A stretch of DNA of 62,578 nt, counting the filler, from Choristocarpus tenellus KU-1152 (Eukaryota > Protista > Phaeophyceae): NCBI GenBank assembly GCA_964200185.2. It is 6 parts of 6 records of this genome, joined end to end, with 100 filler letters (N's around TTAATTAATTAA, not from the genome) between each part and the next. Parts side by side here need not be neighbours in the genome. Positions count along the whole stretch, not along the records: positions 1 to 15,072 come from CAXNAD020001067.1; 5 more parts are not named here. One strand, 5' to 3'. Shown here one piece after another: positions 1 through 13,893 of the stretch. The notes beneath the pieces are model-generated. The model was not told the origin of the DNA. It did not search any database and saw only the letters and a list, made by a program, of their open reading frames with translations. Within the stretch, counting starts at the first letter, position 1, and the number at the start of each line of letters is the position of its first letter. A program made the translations under genes and the position numbers.

Positions 1-1304
1 TTTTTTGTCTTTTTTTTGTTTTTTGTTGTTTTTTTTTGATGTTTTTTGTTTTTTTTTTTTTGGGGGGGGGGGGGGGTTGGAGGGTTAGATGATAGAGACA
101 AGCAGGAGATACTTCTTTATGTATTTGTGTATTTGTATTATGTGTGTATGTATCAATCCTAAGGAGTAAAAAAAACGTATATAATAAAAAAGAACAATTT
201 TAATGTCACTTTTCTATTCCTACATAATTTCATAATTTTAACCCCAACTACTCAGTTTTCTTCAAATGATTATGGCAAGAGGGAATTTTCAAACTTCACC
301 ACAAAAGGTCAAATAATATATTCACATATTTACTATTTTTATTCAGTGGTGCAGTTATGATTTTTATTTTGTGTGGGCTGCACACTGTTGAAAGGTAGTT
401 CAATGCTTTGTGAGTGAATCTTCACTCCTATGTTTCAGCATTGACTCTCCAATAATATATACAATCAACTCTGCCAATTTATTTGACTTTTGAAGGCCTT
501 TTTGGGTGCGTGCCTGACCCCTCACTTCAAAGCTGAAAATACGTGTTTGGGTAATCTGATTGGCTGGTGTGGCTGTGGCAGACAACCACCCTCTGGACGG
601 AGGTATATCTTACATTGTCATGGGTTTGAGAGTGGAGGGGGATGTATCATCCATCATCAAAAAGAGAAAAAAAAAATAGAATTCCCATAGATAAATAATC
701 CCCATGGTTGAACTGTTCTCCCCTCTTGGGTAACTTCGACTCAAATGGTGGTTCCACAAAGAAATTTCCTCGTGGTGCATGCGTGCACATGGTTGAACGA
801 ATGAATTGGTGTGTGTTCATTAAAGTACTTCATTATAATACTTTCTTGGGTGAGTTGGCATACTAGAGAGAGGTGTAACAACAGGGTTTTTGTTGATACA
901 GACAGTATGCCAACTTCTGTTAAAGATTATTATAACACCGCTTTCAGGGTGCACTACACCATCCTGAAGACACTACACCTATCAACTCTCACATACTTAT
1001 CTTGTTATGTTACATGCTTGGAACTAGTGAGTACCATCAACGGGCATACTTTTCTATTTCTCATTTTTATTTTTTTCAACTAGGTGCAATAAAAAAAAAT
1101 GTTACTGTGATAAACATATTTTTTATTCCCCTCTGTAACGGTTGATGTATATAATATATATATATATATTTTTTTTTCTGTCTCTCTGCTCTTATTCTAT
1201 TTAGTAAAAGGGACATCATCACTACACAAAACGAACAATTCTTTTTATTATTTTATAAGACACAAAATAAAATAAAAATCCGCAAACGAGTTTTTTTTCT
1301 TTCT

Positions 1305-1458
1305 TTTTGTTGTTTTTGTCTCTCTCTCTCTCTCTCTGTTGGATGTTGTTGTTGTTGTTGTTCTCTCTCTCTCTCTCTCTCTCTGTGTTGGATGTTGTTG
1401 TTGTTGTTGTTGTCTCTCTCTCTCTCTCTCTGTGTGTGTGTTGGATGTTGTTGTTTGC
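1305..1458 (+). repeat. Compound (CT)n/(GTT)n microsatellite, triplicated, directly upstream of the PRORP exon acceptor
   Basis: Three (ct)n-gttggatgttgttg blocks ending at tttgcag, 1460. Confidence 0.85.
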
Positions 1459-1460
1459 AG

Positions 1461-3525
1461 GTGTACGGATGCCTCGGACGACGATTTCTATTGGATGTAC
1501 TTCACGGTGAACGAGCCCAGAGAGGGCGGGGAGAGAGCTTGCGTGGTCACAAACGATGAGATGCGTAACCACCGGGTTGAGCTGTTGGAGCCAACCCCAT
1601 TCGACAGGTTGGTTCAGCCACTCTTTGAGTCGCGTGTACGTGAGTAAGCAATGACAGGAACAGGCTGTTTAGTCTCTGTTTAGTCTGGTGACAGTTACCA
1701 CCGACAGTTACAACCGAGATTGCCTCGGTTGTAACTGTCTGTCTCTATGATTCGATTAGGTCACGATCGATCGAGAGAGGCCAAATTTTGAGGAGTAACT
1801 TTCCGTTGTTGTTGAGGGTTTTTATTTTATTTTATTTTATTTTCTTACTTCTGCGAGTGCGTGCTGTGCGATACGTGCGTGCGTGCCTCGATTTGTGAGC
1901 TGGTACGGCGTTTTTTGATTGCGCTATTGACAGTGTGATAGTCATAGTGATGGTGATAGTCATAGTCATAGTGATGGTGATAGTCATAGTGATCGACATT
2001 TTTATTTTTTATTTGATTGTTGTGAAACGGTTTATAATTTTTTTTTGCTCGCGCGATGTTTTTACCGTTCGGAGGAAAACTGAGATTGTTTTTTTTAATA
2101 GTTATTTGTTTTTTTTAACTCTTCCGGCGAGTCTTTTTTTTTATTTCATTGGTCTGGCTCTGTTGACAACAAAACATATCTTGTGGTGTGTATTTTCAGT
2201 GACAGAGGGTCTTGCAGGCAGTTCCATTCCATTTTGGTGATGTGTGTGTGACTCTGTGACTCTGTGACTGTAACTGAAATCAGCTTGCTACACATATTTT
2301 TGTTTTCTTTTCTTGGGAGGGGGGGGGGGGGGGGGGGGGNNNNNNNNNNTTTGTTTTGTTTTTTTTTTTTTTTTTTTTTTTGTTTTTTGGGGGTGGTGTT
2401 GTGGGGGGGGTGGGGGGGGGGTGCAGTTTGTAGCCCTCCCTTGCGCAGGCAGAGGGTTTGTTGTCCCCTCCGCAGTCTTGCCGTTGAGGTCTTGTCCCCT
2501 GTATCACCTGTGCTGTGTCTGTTTGTATGCAGTCTTGCCCTGTTGTGATATCATCTTTTGTGTTCTTGTGACATCATGGCCGTCAACAGGACCCGCCCAT
2601 CCTGTGTGCCATTTCTCGAACTTGCCCTACGATCTTACCACGCGTATTGGGATCAGGTGGAAAAAGACACAGGTCAGTCGATTCCACCTGGAAGTAGCCG
2701 GTGCCGAGGGCAGACGAGATGAAGACCTGTGTCACACCAAGACCACACCATCAAATCTCATTGTGACTCAGTCACCTCCTTTCACCAGGGACATGCAGGT
2801 GCGGTCAAAATCCGTGGGAGTGCTATTTGAGATAAATAAATATAAATATATATGTATGTATATATATGTATGATGGAGATTATTGTACAAGATTATTATG
2901 GATCTTTAATTGTTTTTTTTTTCAGTCTGCGTGGGGACAGTCGCGTAGGGTTAGGATGTGTGCTCTCCTCACCTGCTGCAATATTCAAGCTTAGGGTTAG
3001 GGTTATAAAATGCGACAAGAGGAGCCTCCGGTGATCGCAAAAAAAAAGAAGAGAGGTTTGCCTTCCGTTGCTATGACCATCTCTATTGCCATGGTGAACG
3101 TTCCCTACAACTCCATATATATATAATATATATATATATTATTATTATTATTGTGCAAATACACATTAACCCTTTATTGGTGTATTACACCTCAAATATA
3201 CTAGGTGATTAACCGATCATGGCACATTCCAGTACAAGGCAATGCAGACCAGTGGGTGTGCATAAATTTCCTATATGGTTTACGTCAACGAGAGGAACAG
3301 AAACGGTTTGCTCACTTGGGTACAGAGAAATCATCCCAGCCCCAACAAAGCACTCCAGCAGGAGGTTCGAGATTGGGAAAGGGTGTGGAGGAGAATGCGC
3401 CACGGCAAAGGAGTAGAAAAAAAATACGACGAAGGCTACTGAGCACTTCTGGGATAGGCTTTGGACAGAGTGTCAGGGTTAGGGTTAGCAAACTCTCTAG
3501 ATCTCACGGTGGAAGAGCGAAGTAG
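1461..3525 (+). CDS. PRORP: Proteinaceous RNase P (PRORP), last three exons of the NYN metallonuclease domain; 5' exons not identified
   Basis: Exons 1461-1607, 2657-2798 and 3205-3525 have AG/GT boundaries and consistent phases (2, 2, 0). They splice to ...ASDDDFYWMYFTV...CVVTNDEMRNHRVELLEPTPFDRWKKTQV...PPFTRDMQVINRSWHIPVQGNADQWVC..., matching the PRORP signatures (S/N)DDxYW, VTNDEMRDH, RW, PPPYS..Q, WH(I/V)P and WLC. Confidence 0.9.
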
Positions 3526-4723
3526 TGGCAGTCTGAACAGTTTTTTTTGTGTTTGTATATTTGTTGTTTGTGTTTATATAGAGTGGGGGAAATCGGCTGA
3601 ACAACTGCTGACCTGTGGTGACCTTGATCATGTAATGGAGGAGAGTTGTACCTACACTAATTATGTCCACGTTTTTTTGCCAAAAATGTTATTGCTCACA
3701 TCTGTGCTTCTGTGTTAAGTGTTAAGTATCGGTTTGTCTTCCACCATTTTTCATGCATGTTATCATGTTACTTAGATGCCTTGTTGCCTTTTTGCGGATT
3801 ATAGTCTTATGAGTTGGACTGGCATGTGATTGCCACGCACACAATATCTTGCCTTGAGAAATAACACTATAATATGTATTTTATTTGTTTTATTTGGCCA
3901 GCTGCCAAACATAAAAATATATATTATCAGTGTGCTGGATGTCTATGGTTGTGGTGTGAGACAAACCTGTCAAGTCGACATTGGAAGGAGCCATCCTACT
4001 TCAGAAGGGGCTTAATTTTGCCCATTTCAAGTATCATCGGAATTTTTGTAATTAAAACTTGTGGGTCACACACCTTCCCATGACTGAAATGTGGCTAACC
4101 TACCTTAAGAGCCCGTGACTGTGGTGAGAAGACTTCAATCCATCCACATCAATGTGAAATCAGCCTCCAGGATGCCGGAAACACTTGTACCAGAAGGCAG
4201 TCACAAGGACCCCAAATAACGCTCAACAACACCCCCTCTAAGACAGGATAGGATGGCTCATTAACTGTAAGAACGGGAACGTTGTGTTGGTTACTACGCT
4301 TCCTTCACACATAAACCATCAAATTTCACTTCTTACACAAATCGCTTGGACTCTCTTCGCCCCACATCCTAATTTCGGGCAAGCAAATGCACCAAATTTT
4401 ACGGGGCTAGAACTTCCATTGCTATTTCACAAAGACTTCTCTACGCTGTCTCTCTAAAATTGGGGATACCTTAACCTCATGGTATTGTTGAGGTAGGTAA
4501 AAAAAATAGGTGTAGAAGATGGTACAGGAGAACCCAAACAAAGGTACGAAAAAAGATACGATTTTTTCTCACGTGTTCCCCACTAGAAGATTTGTATGGT
4601 TTAAGTAAAAAAAAAAAAAACCGATGGTAACAAGTTTTATCAATAGGAACAAAAGTAGTATTGCCATACACTCCTGTGTAACAATTTTTCGTTCCCAAAA
4701 AAGTCAAGAAAGCTGCCACTCAT

Positions 4724-7700
4724 TCATTGCACACACCCCTGGCAACCCAGGGCTGAGCCTACATAACGGTCCAGGGTTGCAGGGAAGCAGATAAACGAGT
4801 TAGTGAAAACTTGACTGGTCCCTTGCCCAAAGAATGGTGTGGCAGGTTGAAAGCGTCCAGCTCGAATCAACACCTCATGTCCAGACCTTGGGGACACATC
4901 GAGGCAGGTGGATTGAAAGGATGTCATGTCCCCAGAGATGTAGAACAAGTGCATTTCTGGTCGAGAGAGGGCTGGTCGGTTCTTCACATTCAATTGCGCA
5001 TATGAAAAAGACCACTGGCAATAGCACTCATCTATTTACTTATTTTCATTCAGTTACTGTACCAAGTCCAAATCGGTGAGGGTGGTACCACAATTTTTTA
5101 CAGTTCGTATTACCTTTTGTCGATTTTAATAGCACCAGATACGTAGTGTAGTGAAGAGTCAAGCTGAGTAGATGTAAATCATGAAGAGCTCATGTACACT
5201 CTATAAAACCTTGGGCAATCTAAAATCGCCCCAAACAAAGGACGCCAGGCTACACTGTCTGAAGAGTACTACTCTGAACATATTGTACTGCTATTATAGT
5301 TCATACTGCCATTGTCTAACACAATCAAATGGCAAAGTAATAAGAGAATAAGGTAGAACTCTAAGCAACAAGAGGTGTGGCAACATCAGCTATTGTAACA
5401 ACTGTGGAGTATTCGCAGTCGCGCTTTGATGTGAGATTCAATCATTCACCTGATCGCCTGAGGTAGCATTTCGTTGACATGCAGATTTGCAGACAGAAAG
5501 TTGGTGAGGCGAGCACCATCTCTCCAGAAGAACGGCTCACTGAGCAGCAGGAGGTGGATGACGCCGTCAAACAAGGAACAGGGCAAGCAGCAAGCATTGT
5601 AAAGCAAAGAGAAACAAGAAAATGAAGTGTAACCAAGAACAAATTATATCAACAATAAATACAATCGTTGACTCTCCTCGGCTCGTACTAGAAGCAAGAA
5701 GGGAGATTAAACCAAACAGTTACAGATCAAAAAGAAAGTCAAAGATATAAGCAATGAGTGTCGTGTCCTTCCATGATGTCAACATGCCTGTACTATAATT
5801 GTATGTGGAAAGAGAGTTACATTCTCAACCCCTGGAAGACTCTTCCAAAAACAGGACAAAAACAATGAGTACTGTTCCTCTTTGATATTGTATGTGACAA
5901 TTAGTACTGTTCCTCTTTCTTATTGTATGTGACAATTAGTACTGTCCCTCTTTGATATTGTATATGACAGCAGAAACATTATCAACAGCAACTAACTTCC
6001 TTGCATCTTCTGACACATTTGAGTAATATTTTCTCTCCAGTTTTACTTTTTTTTTCTAAGCAACACTTACATCAATAGAACGAATTAAAACATCTACACG
6101 TCACAATGACCCAATGATAGGGGTGCACTTCCCCTGCATTATCCCCTCCGCATCGCACTTGACATTACTGAGTCAAAGTGCCTTAGAGGGTAGAGCCGTG
6201 TCTGTTTGGGGACCAAAATCCAATTTGGTGATTTGGATGTAATTTTGGCTATTGTGTTTGTTAGGAAGAGTCAATATCCTTGTTCTGGACACACCTTTTC
6301 ACAACGTCTGCATTTACCAACTCTGAAACATTTCGGAGCAAGAGAATTTCATAAAAAAACCCGTGGGAAGTCAAGCCCCAAATGGACAGAGCAAAAATTG
6401 TACCCTCTTAAGATACTTTCACTCACTACTTCATTCTACTCCAGCACATGCACTACTGCATACAGTGGTACATACAGTGGAGTGGTTTTCGTATACACAC
6501 TAGACACCCCTACACCCCTACACCCCTGCGATGTCAATAGACAATAAGAAAGAGCTCAAACGGAACCCAAACGTCAAGGCCTAGCACACACATTTGACAA
6601 TGTCAAAGAGCCATCTTATCGTGGAGGGGGTTGCCCGTTAGAATTTGGGACTCCTGCAACTGCCCTCTGGTATAGTTACTTGTGGCACTGTGGAGGATGA
6701 TTTGTGGTCATGTGGACAAAAGAATGTTCGTCTCTTCTTCTACAGTCCCAACCTCCCAAGGGAGTTAGCTGGGTGTATTGTATGGGAAATTAGGAATCAG
6801 GCAGAAGATTTTACAAGTTCTAAATACTTGTACAGACTCCCCTCTCAGATAGGATGGCTCAAATTGATGCATGAACTTCGCATCTATCAAACAACAACTC
6901 AAACTGCCCAGGAGTAGGAGGCACATGCTTATCACTGCACAGAAGAAAGACACAAGTGTAACACAGAACACATCTACTTACGACTTCTTCATTTGTATAA
7001 TGAAAATATTTGAACGGAAGGATGCTCGCCCAGGATTTACTATTCATTTCAAGGAGTCAATGAGGTTATTCAAAACATTGAGCTGGGCGATGCTGCAATT
7101 GAAGTAAAACATTGAGTAAAAATATTTATGGGGTGTAAGAGGTTGCATGATGATTGCCTGCATGCGGCTTAGTAGAACTCCAGTGACTTAACATATAGTG
7201 TATGGAATCCAACTATTAGTGTCAATGTTTATTCTGGTGTCACATTTCCTAACCAAAATAATAATGATAATAATACAGAGTAGGTATTATTATCATTATT
7301 GTCTTGTTTAAATCACTTACATATATCTATAAATCAAAATTCAATCATATTCAATGCTAGAGTAGTGCAGTCATTCAAGTAGAAAAAAAGTACAATCAAG
7401 AAAATGCATAGAAATGATCCATCTCATGATCATGGATGGGTTCCCCTCCCCACAAGCTACAAACACGAGGTAGCTTACCTGAAAATTGCATACAGAACGA
7501 GGAAAACAAGGCGATGAAAATACATCTAGCAAGCACATCAGTAAACATACAACAAAGAAGTAAATCTACCCAGACAATGAGAGACTGGGCATAACACACG
7601 CACAAAATGGTGCCACTGAAGGCAGGAACATCAAACCAATATCTAGCACAAAACGGCAAAGCACTCATTTTTCTTCTTGCCCTTCTTTTTTCTTGACAGA

Positions 7701-10700
7701 CCTTGACAGGCACCTAACGTGGTACTACAGTTTAAAAATACTGTACTAATATCGATTTATAGTAGTGCAGAAATAGTAGAGGAGAAGGCGATCTGTTGCT
7801 GTGGGACACTCTCTACTACTCTACTGCTAAGATAGAACCTTGCATAGTCGCTTCAAACCTGATAAAGAAAGACCAGGGCATAAGATATGCTTACTTTTTG
7901 GTCAGAGAGTATGGGATATTGGTTTTGGTTGGGGTGCCATGAACTCATGTGCCTGAGTGACCTATAGAGCTTGCAAAGGGAACAACACAGTCATCATTGC
8001 ATTGCTGCTGCAAAGGAAATAGCGGAAGGTGGAATCCTGTTCCTTTTCAATGCCAAAACAGAATTAGATCGGCAAAATAGCCAGAAAGTACCAAATGTGT
8101 AGAGGATCACAAGGGTCCCTCACTGAGTCCCCCCCCAAAAGCTACACTATGTAGCACTTCTGTCGTGAGAGTCAACGACAGATGCCACACACATGGTATA
8201 AAAAACAAAACTCGTTTGATGACGTACCTGTAGCCCTGTATCATTGGAGACCCTTTTCCTGTTTCCACAGTCGTCCAGGCTGGATCCCACCTAAATAAAC
8301 CCAACAACAAGCACAACAAAGTTCCACCACAAAGAAAGACAGCTTCATCAATTAGGCATTGATTACTGAGAGTCTAAGCGCCCCAAAGGCGATGGGAAAA
8401 AAATTCCTCACAGGACGTGTCTATGCATAGTGCGTACAATATTTTGTTGTGCAAAAAATTGACTTAAATGAATACTTGAACACCCTCAACAAGTACTGTA
8501 CATATCAAAGCCCGTAGGACCAACCAATTCGCTGCGAACCACTCTGATTCCCCATAAGATCTTGCTCGGTTCCAGCAATGTAGAAGTACACCCCTCTGTA
8601 TCTGGGAAAGCTTCAATTTGAATGTCAACCAAGGGACAGAATGCCTGAACCAATACTCCGGTGTTGGCCTTGTATGACCACTTTTTTTTTTTAACAACTC
8701 TCCACAATTTCTACTGTTCTTCTTTTGCTATTGTTCCATCCGCATACAAGAACCAATCGATCAAATCACAGTATAAACAGTGCTTGACTCTAACCCCTAC
8801 CCTAACTCAGGGACCACCACAGCAACAGATAAATACATCAATGTCTCCTCCATGCATCATCTCTACCAGTGCAATACACATACATACACCTCTAGGCCAT
8901 AAAACACCCTACACAAGACTGCATTCCTCACACATTGCAATCACACAAGCACTGCTGTCTTGAAGGACAGTGCTAGGATAGCACAAAACTACAATAACTA
9001 GTAAATGTTACAGCACCTCTAGATTTACTCAAGAGTCAACTCTTTTTTGTGTCATGACAACAGAATGGCCATTATGGAAACTACATTCGCAGTTGAGAAG
9101 AATAGCATAATTTGTGCACTAAGTGATACAATTTGAAGTAGGTACCATGTGATTACCCCTCACCTTGCTACCACCTGTCACAAGGTTTATGCTATAGTCC
9201 TGTAATCCAGTCCTGATTCTTCAGTCCTCACCAATCTTTGCAGTCCGCCAGCCAGGCATAGTCCAGCGTTGTCCCAAGAGGCCACACACTGCATGCAGTT
9301 CCCCACTGACCTGCCGCTTCCCTATTGGCCACCATAATGTGTGCGTTGGATGGCCTGCAAGGAAACAGCTGAGGTCAGACCAAGCAATACTGTACTCCCC
9401 AGTGCGTGTCGGGTCTCATTGTATAGCCCTATGAACACCAAGTAATGAATTAAATACTGGTTGGTACTATATCACTCTATTAAATTACTTCAATCTAGAT
9501 GACGATTAGGACTTATGATATTCCTTGTTTGCCAAGGAACTGAAGGCACCTCCACAAACTGTTGTACATATAACAGAATGGTGGTGTAGTTTTTGTAGGG
9601 GTGCCCAAAAGTACATAGTCGTTCATTCATCTACTATCATCCCACGTAGAACAGATAGACTCATGAAATTATTGAAATTATTGCATGTGCCGCCTGTGAG
9701 CATTTGTCAAATGTTGTCGGGGGGGACACAAAAGTAAAGAAATCTGTATCAATATAAGGAAAATTAACAATGGTACAAAACTGTTACTTCCCATAATATC
9801 AACAGACTTCTGTGTTCATGACGAAGTTTTGCATGAGTGGAAGTCAACACCATGCAGTTTCCTGGTCTGTGCAAGCAAAAACCGCCTACATACCACTCTA
9901 CCCCACGCTGCCCCTTTGAATGCCTTTCCCTCCCCCATCCAAGACACCAATATACTCACCACTACCATCACCATGCTGTCCCTTCAATACATCCTCTCAC
10001 TAAACTGCTTCTAATATTATGCAAATCAAAAATGTAGTATGTGGTTATTATTCTGATCGAGCTCTTGTGGTTATTTCAAGTCCAATGAATTGTCACTCTA
10101 ATTATCCAAACAGTACAGTATATATATATATATATGGGTTTAGTGAAGGTACCAGAGTCAATCTGCCATTTCTCAAGACCACATAAGAAGAGCTTGATTG
10201 GACGCTATATCCTGTTATAACCATCAAAACTGCTTTCTACAACATTCGTAAGCTTCCTAGAGTGTGTCTCAATATATATATATGTATATATATGCGCATG
10301 TGATTTTCAGACGCAACAGCTTTTCCCCCTTGACAATCTCTAACCTCAGCCAAGGATCCCCCTCAAGCAAGAGTAGTCAATCGAATGGGGATAGGCGCTA
10401 TCCCTCCATAAGTATGATCTTTTGATATAAACTTTCCCGCTCATTGAACCTGTGAGATCAATTCAAGCACTTCACTTCAACTTTCACAAAAAACATTAAA
10501 ACAGTTGGAGCACCATCAGCTACCTCAGTTGCTTCACTGCACAGTCATTAGGAATCCACTCTCGTAACAGGTACTACTAAACACAGTACCTCCACTCTTT
10601 TTTGCCGTTGTTTCTGGTTCTTCCTTGATAGTAGTCTTTTCCTTGTATAGGCGATGCCCAACACAGAGATGGACATTTTTGCAAATATCCTCGAGTAGCC

Positions 10701-13700
10701 ACCAACAAAATATGTCTTGCTGAGTTTGACTCTCACAAACAGGGATTGACTGCACTGTACAATAACTGAGCATTATGAGCATCCAAAGAACCTCAACGAA
10801 AGAACCTCAAGAGGGTGTCCCTGGTGTTTTTGACTATTGAATGCAAGGTCGGGTCCTTTTGGGAGGCATGTAGTGAACTAGCCATGATATTTTGCACTTG
10901 ATTGTCACCTCGATACTCCTCATGAAAAACGTGACTGTGAGGGTCTGGTACAGACCAGCTAAAAATACTTAAGTAAGAGGGATATACTGCATTCCTTGTT
11001 TGGAACGTGCAGATGCTCATGTCACTGTCATCTTCTGAGTATGTCTTGCTATTTAGTGTGGAGAGACCTCTTGGAGAATATGGAGAAATATATATTTATC
11101 ATTTCCTCAAAAAGTAGACAAAGTTGACCTCTTCAACCATGATATTACCACCACATCATTGGGATCACGAATCCAAGAAGAGTGTAAGCAAGGTCTACAT
11201 CGTTTAGACAAGGACATCAGGTGTGTTTGTACTGACTAAGGTAGGGTTCACATCGCCAAGGTATTTACATATCAATCTATACACACCCCACTCCAAGGAC
11301 ACGCCCTAAAACTCTGTCATCATCCCCACTAGCTGAAGTCCTCACATCTGCATGCACCCTGAGTTTACTATTATCCGTAAGAGAGGGAGGGAGATCTAGC
11401 CAGCACATTGCACAGGAGTGGAAAAATAAATCCCAGTCATCCTGACAGGGATGGTAAACCAGCATATATTTGTTGTGGGTACCATAAAGTACAGTTACAA
11501 CCCGCAATGTTCTAACATTTGCAAGCACTTGCTGCTTAATGGAAAACAATCTAAAACATGATATTTTGTTACAGATAATAATATGTGCCTTACACACTCC
11601 TTTGTCCAATCTTGTTACTCCCAAAGAGTACATGAAACTTTAACCAAATACTTCTATTTTGCCAGGGACCAGTCATTTAGGACGAGATTTTTGTTTCCCT
11701 CTAGAACACAAAATCTTCTCAACAAACAAATCACTACATTTCCTATCCTGCAAACAATGCTATAAGCACAGAGCCTACTGATGTTTTGGTCATGCAGGCA
11801 CGATTGTCCATCTGTGCTTGGGGAGAGTTTGTCAAAAGTAGAGAATGGGCTTTTGATAGTAGACTTTGGATACATGCCTCTTTTTGCTCAAAAAGGAGAC
11901 TCATTGTCAAGTCATCAAGCTGACATAGTGCAGTTGCCATACCACTGAGCACAGAATCATATGGATGCATTGTTGAGGTCTAGCTGTGATGGGCTCCTGT
12001 CTTGCTTTGATTGCCAATGCCATCCGGTGGGGACAGTCTCTTGGGTGGTGGTATGAGGTCTCTTCGTTGGGAGAGGTGTGGGTTTGGCAACAACAGGCTC
12101 TAGCCCCACTTTGCCCATCCGTGCTGAAGGGAGTATGTCAGGACTGAAAGGGAACAATTTTGGTCAGAGACCCTCAAAGCTCTTGATTAGGAGTTGCATG
12201 GTTTAGCTACATTGACTTCCAGTCCCACTTTGATCGCCAATTCTAGCTTGGGGTAAGGCTTGTCACAAGACGGTCTTACCCGGCAACCTCAAGGCTCCTG
12301 AATATTCAACTATTTCAGGAAACCTACACCTCGTAGGCCTACCATTGATGGCTGTGTGTGCCCCTTGATCCCGGAAGTTTCCTCCTACTTCTTTTTTTTA
12401 TTTTTGCTGCCCGGCATGTTTAAAAATTGTCTTCGAGTAAGGGAATTCATTCACTGGGATGAGAAAAGTGGATTCTAGATAGGATCCCCTTTGTTACTGA
12501 AACGTGTTACCAGCATATACTTTAAACCCCAAGTTTTTTTGTTGCGTCTGTCTCCTTACCCTCTTGAATTAGACAGCGCAGTAGTTGCTTCAACACTTAG
12601 CTCATTTTCTGTTGGTAATTAATGCCTGTTCCACTACAATCACGGTGACTGAAGCAGTCAATCCTCCAGCAAGAGATTTATTATCTTTGGACCTATACAT
12701 CATTCATGGACAAGGGGCACTACGTATTGACAGAGATCGTGATCTGACCCCAAAAAGACAAAAGGTACTAAATATTATTCAAATGGAAACAAACCAGGAC
12801 CAAACAATTGCACAAACAGCGCCTTGGCTTCCGAGTCAAAAGGTGACCAATCTAAACAATCTAGTAAGCACATTTGCTTCACAGCATGAACTTGGCAGGG
12901 TGATGCAGGAGCCATAAGGTGACAGTTACAATCTATAATGCTTCCACATTGCCAGGCATTTGATACTATTATTATGGATAATAAGTATATACATCAACAC
13001 CTTTCTCACAATTCGTTCACCTGGCTGAGCTAGCTCCATATTGCCTCCTAATTGCATTATCTACAGCCATGAAGTAATCCGCCGCTTCCTGACTCCCATA
13101 AGTTGCTGGTTTGTTCGCCAGGCGAAGAATTGCAAGGGCAGGAAAAAATGGGGCAAGGAATGCAGTGGCCAGCACTCTCTCCATAATCGACATGGATGAG
13201 AAAGCAGAAAAAGGAGATATTACTGTATAACAATAAAGTATAATCAGGAACATGTTCAAAAGTAGGGGGAAGCTCTCGCGGAGGTATTTGCAGAGTGTGG
13301 GCGGGCACGAAGCCTGGATTTATGAAGTCGTTAGGACATCTTACCCTTGTCGAGGAGGTCCGGTTCCTCTGTCACCAAGAAAGCCGAGACATCGACTTGA
13401 AGGTGAGGATTCACGCCACCATCCCAATATGGTTCTCCTCTGTACAGAAAAGAACCACCTTGCTTGATGGCATGCAAAGCTCCTCGACCGTGCTGGTGAA
13501 CGAGGCCAATAGCTTGATCGAAATCTAGAGCCACCTTAAGGTTCTCGTCTTCAACAGCACTTACCCCATTTAGCTGGCCTTTTCCATCTTGCAACGCAAC
13601 ATACGGAAGAATCAGGGAAGTTGCGACTTGTGGTAATCTTAACCCTTTCAGCCACTTCGACCTGTGCAAGATACAGCGGTAGGTACTGAGACAAAAAAAC

Positions 13701-13893
13701 TTCGGTGAAAGTCAAAACTGGAGCGTCATGTGCAGCCTCGTCTACAACTCGATATCTCCTTCCATTTTTACCTGCTGGAGGTCAAACCTGCCCCACCTCG
13801 CACTATATCCCATGGGTATGCGATATCAAGGCACAACAACAAGCACAAACAAGATACGAAAGGGGGTGTATGTGGTGCTCGATGAACGTTCAT
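4724..13893 (-). CDS. Uncharacterised 320-aa protein with N-terminal hydrophobic signal and FLYRG...PDLL...TYG / PSxxHI...WG...VWPLG / GHEVL motifs
   Basis: Seven exons: 13893-13772, 13661-13345, 13105-13021, 9354-9232, 8290-8228, 5539-5450, 4886-4724. All introns are GT-AG, the phases match, and the total is 963 nt with no internal stop. The protein starts MNVHRAPHTPPFVSCLCLLLCLDIAYPW and ends ...ALGCQGCVQ*. Confidence 0.8.
5868..5969 (+). repeat. 35-bp minisatellite x3
   Basis: Unit agtactgttcctctttgatattgtatgtgacaatt. Confidence 0.85.
6170..6424 (+). mobile_element. MITE family A (~255 bp)
   Basis: Family TIR consensus GAGTCAAAGTATCTTAGAGGGTA / TACCCTCTAAGATACTTTCACTC, slightly diverged in this copy. 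The family has more than 10 full or partial copies in the window. Confidence 0.85.

Noticed and set aside
1222-2548. Low-complexity ORFs (ERERE, SLSLS, VIVIV, poly-G/F)
   Set aside because: They are products of intronic microsatellites and homopolymers around the real PRORP exon.
5868-5969. 35-bp repeats as a CRISPR-like array
   Set aside because: The units are contiguous with no spacers, in a eukaryotic intron.
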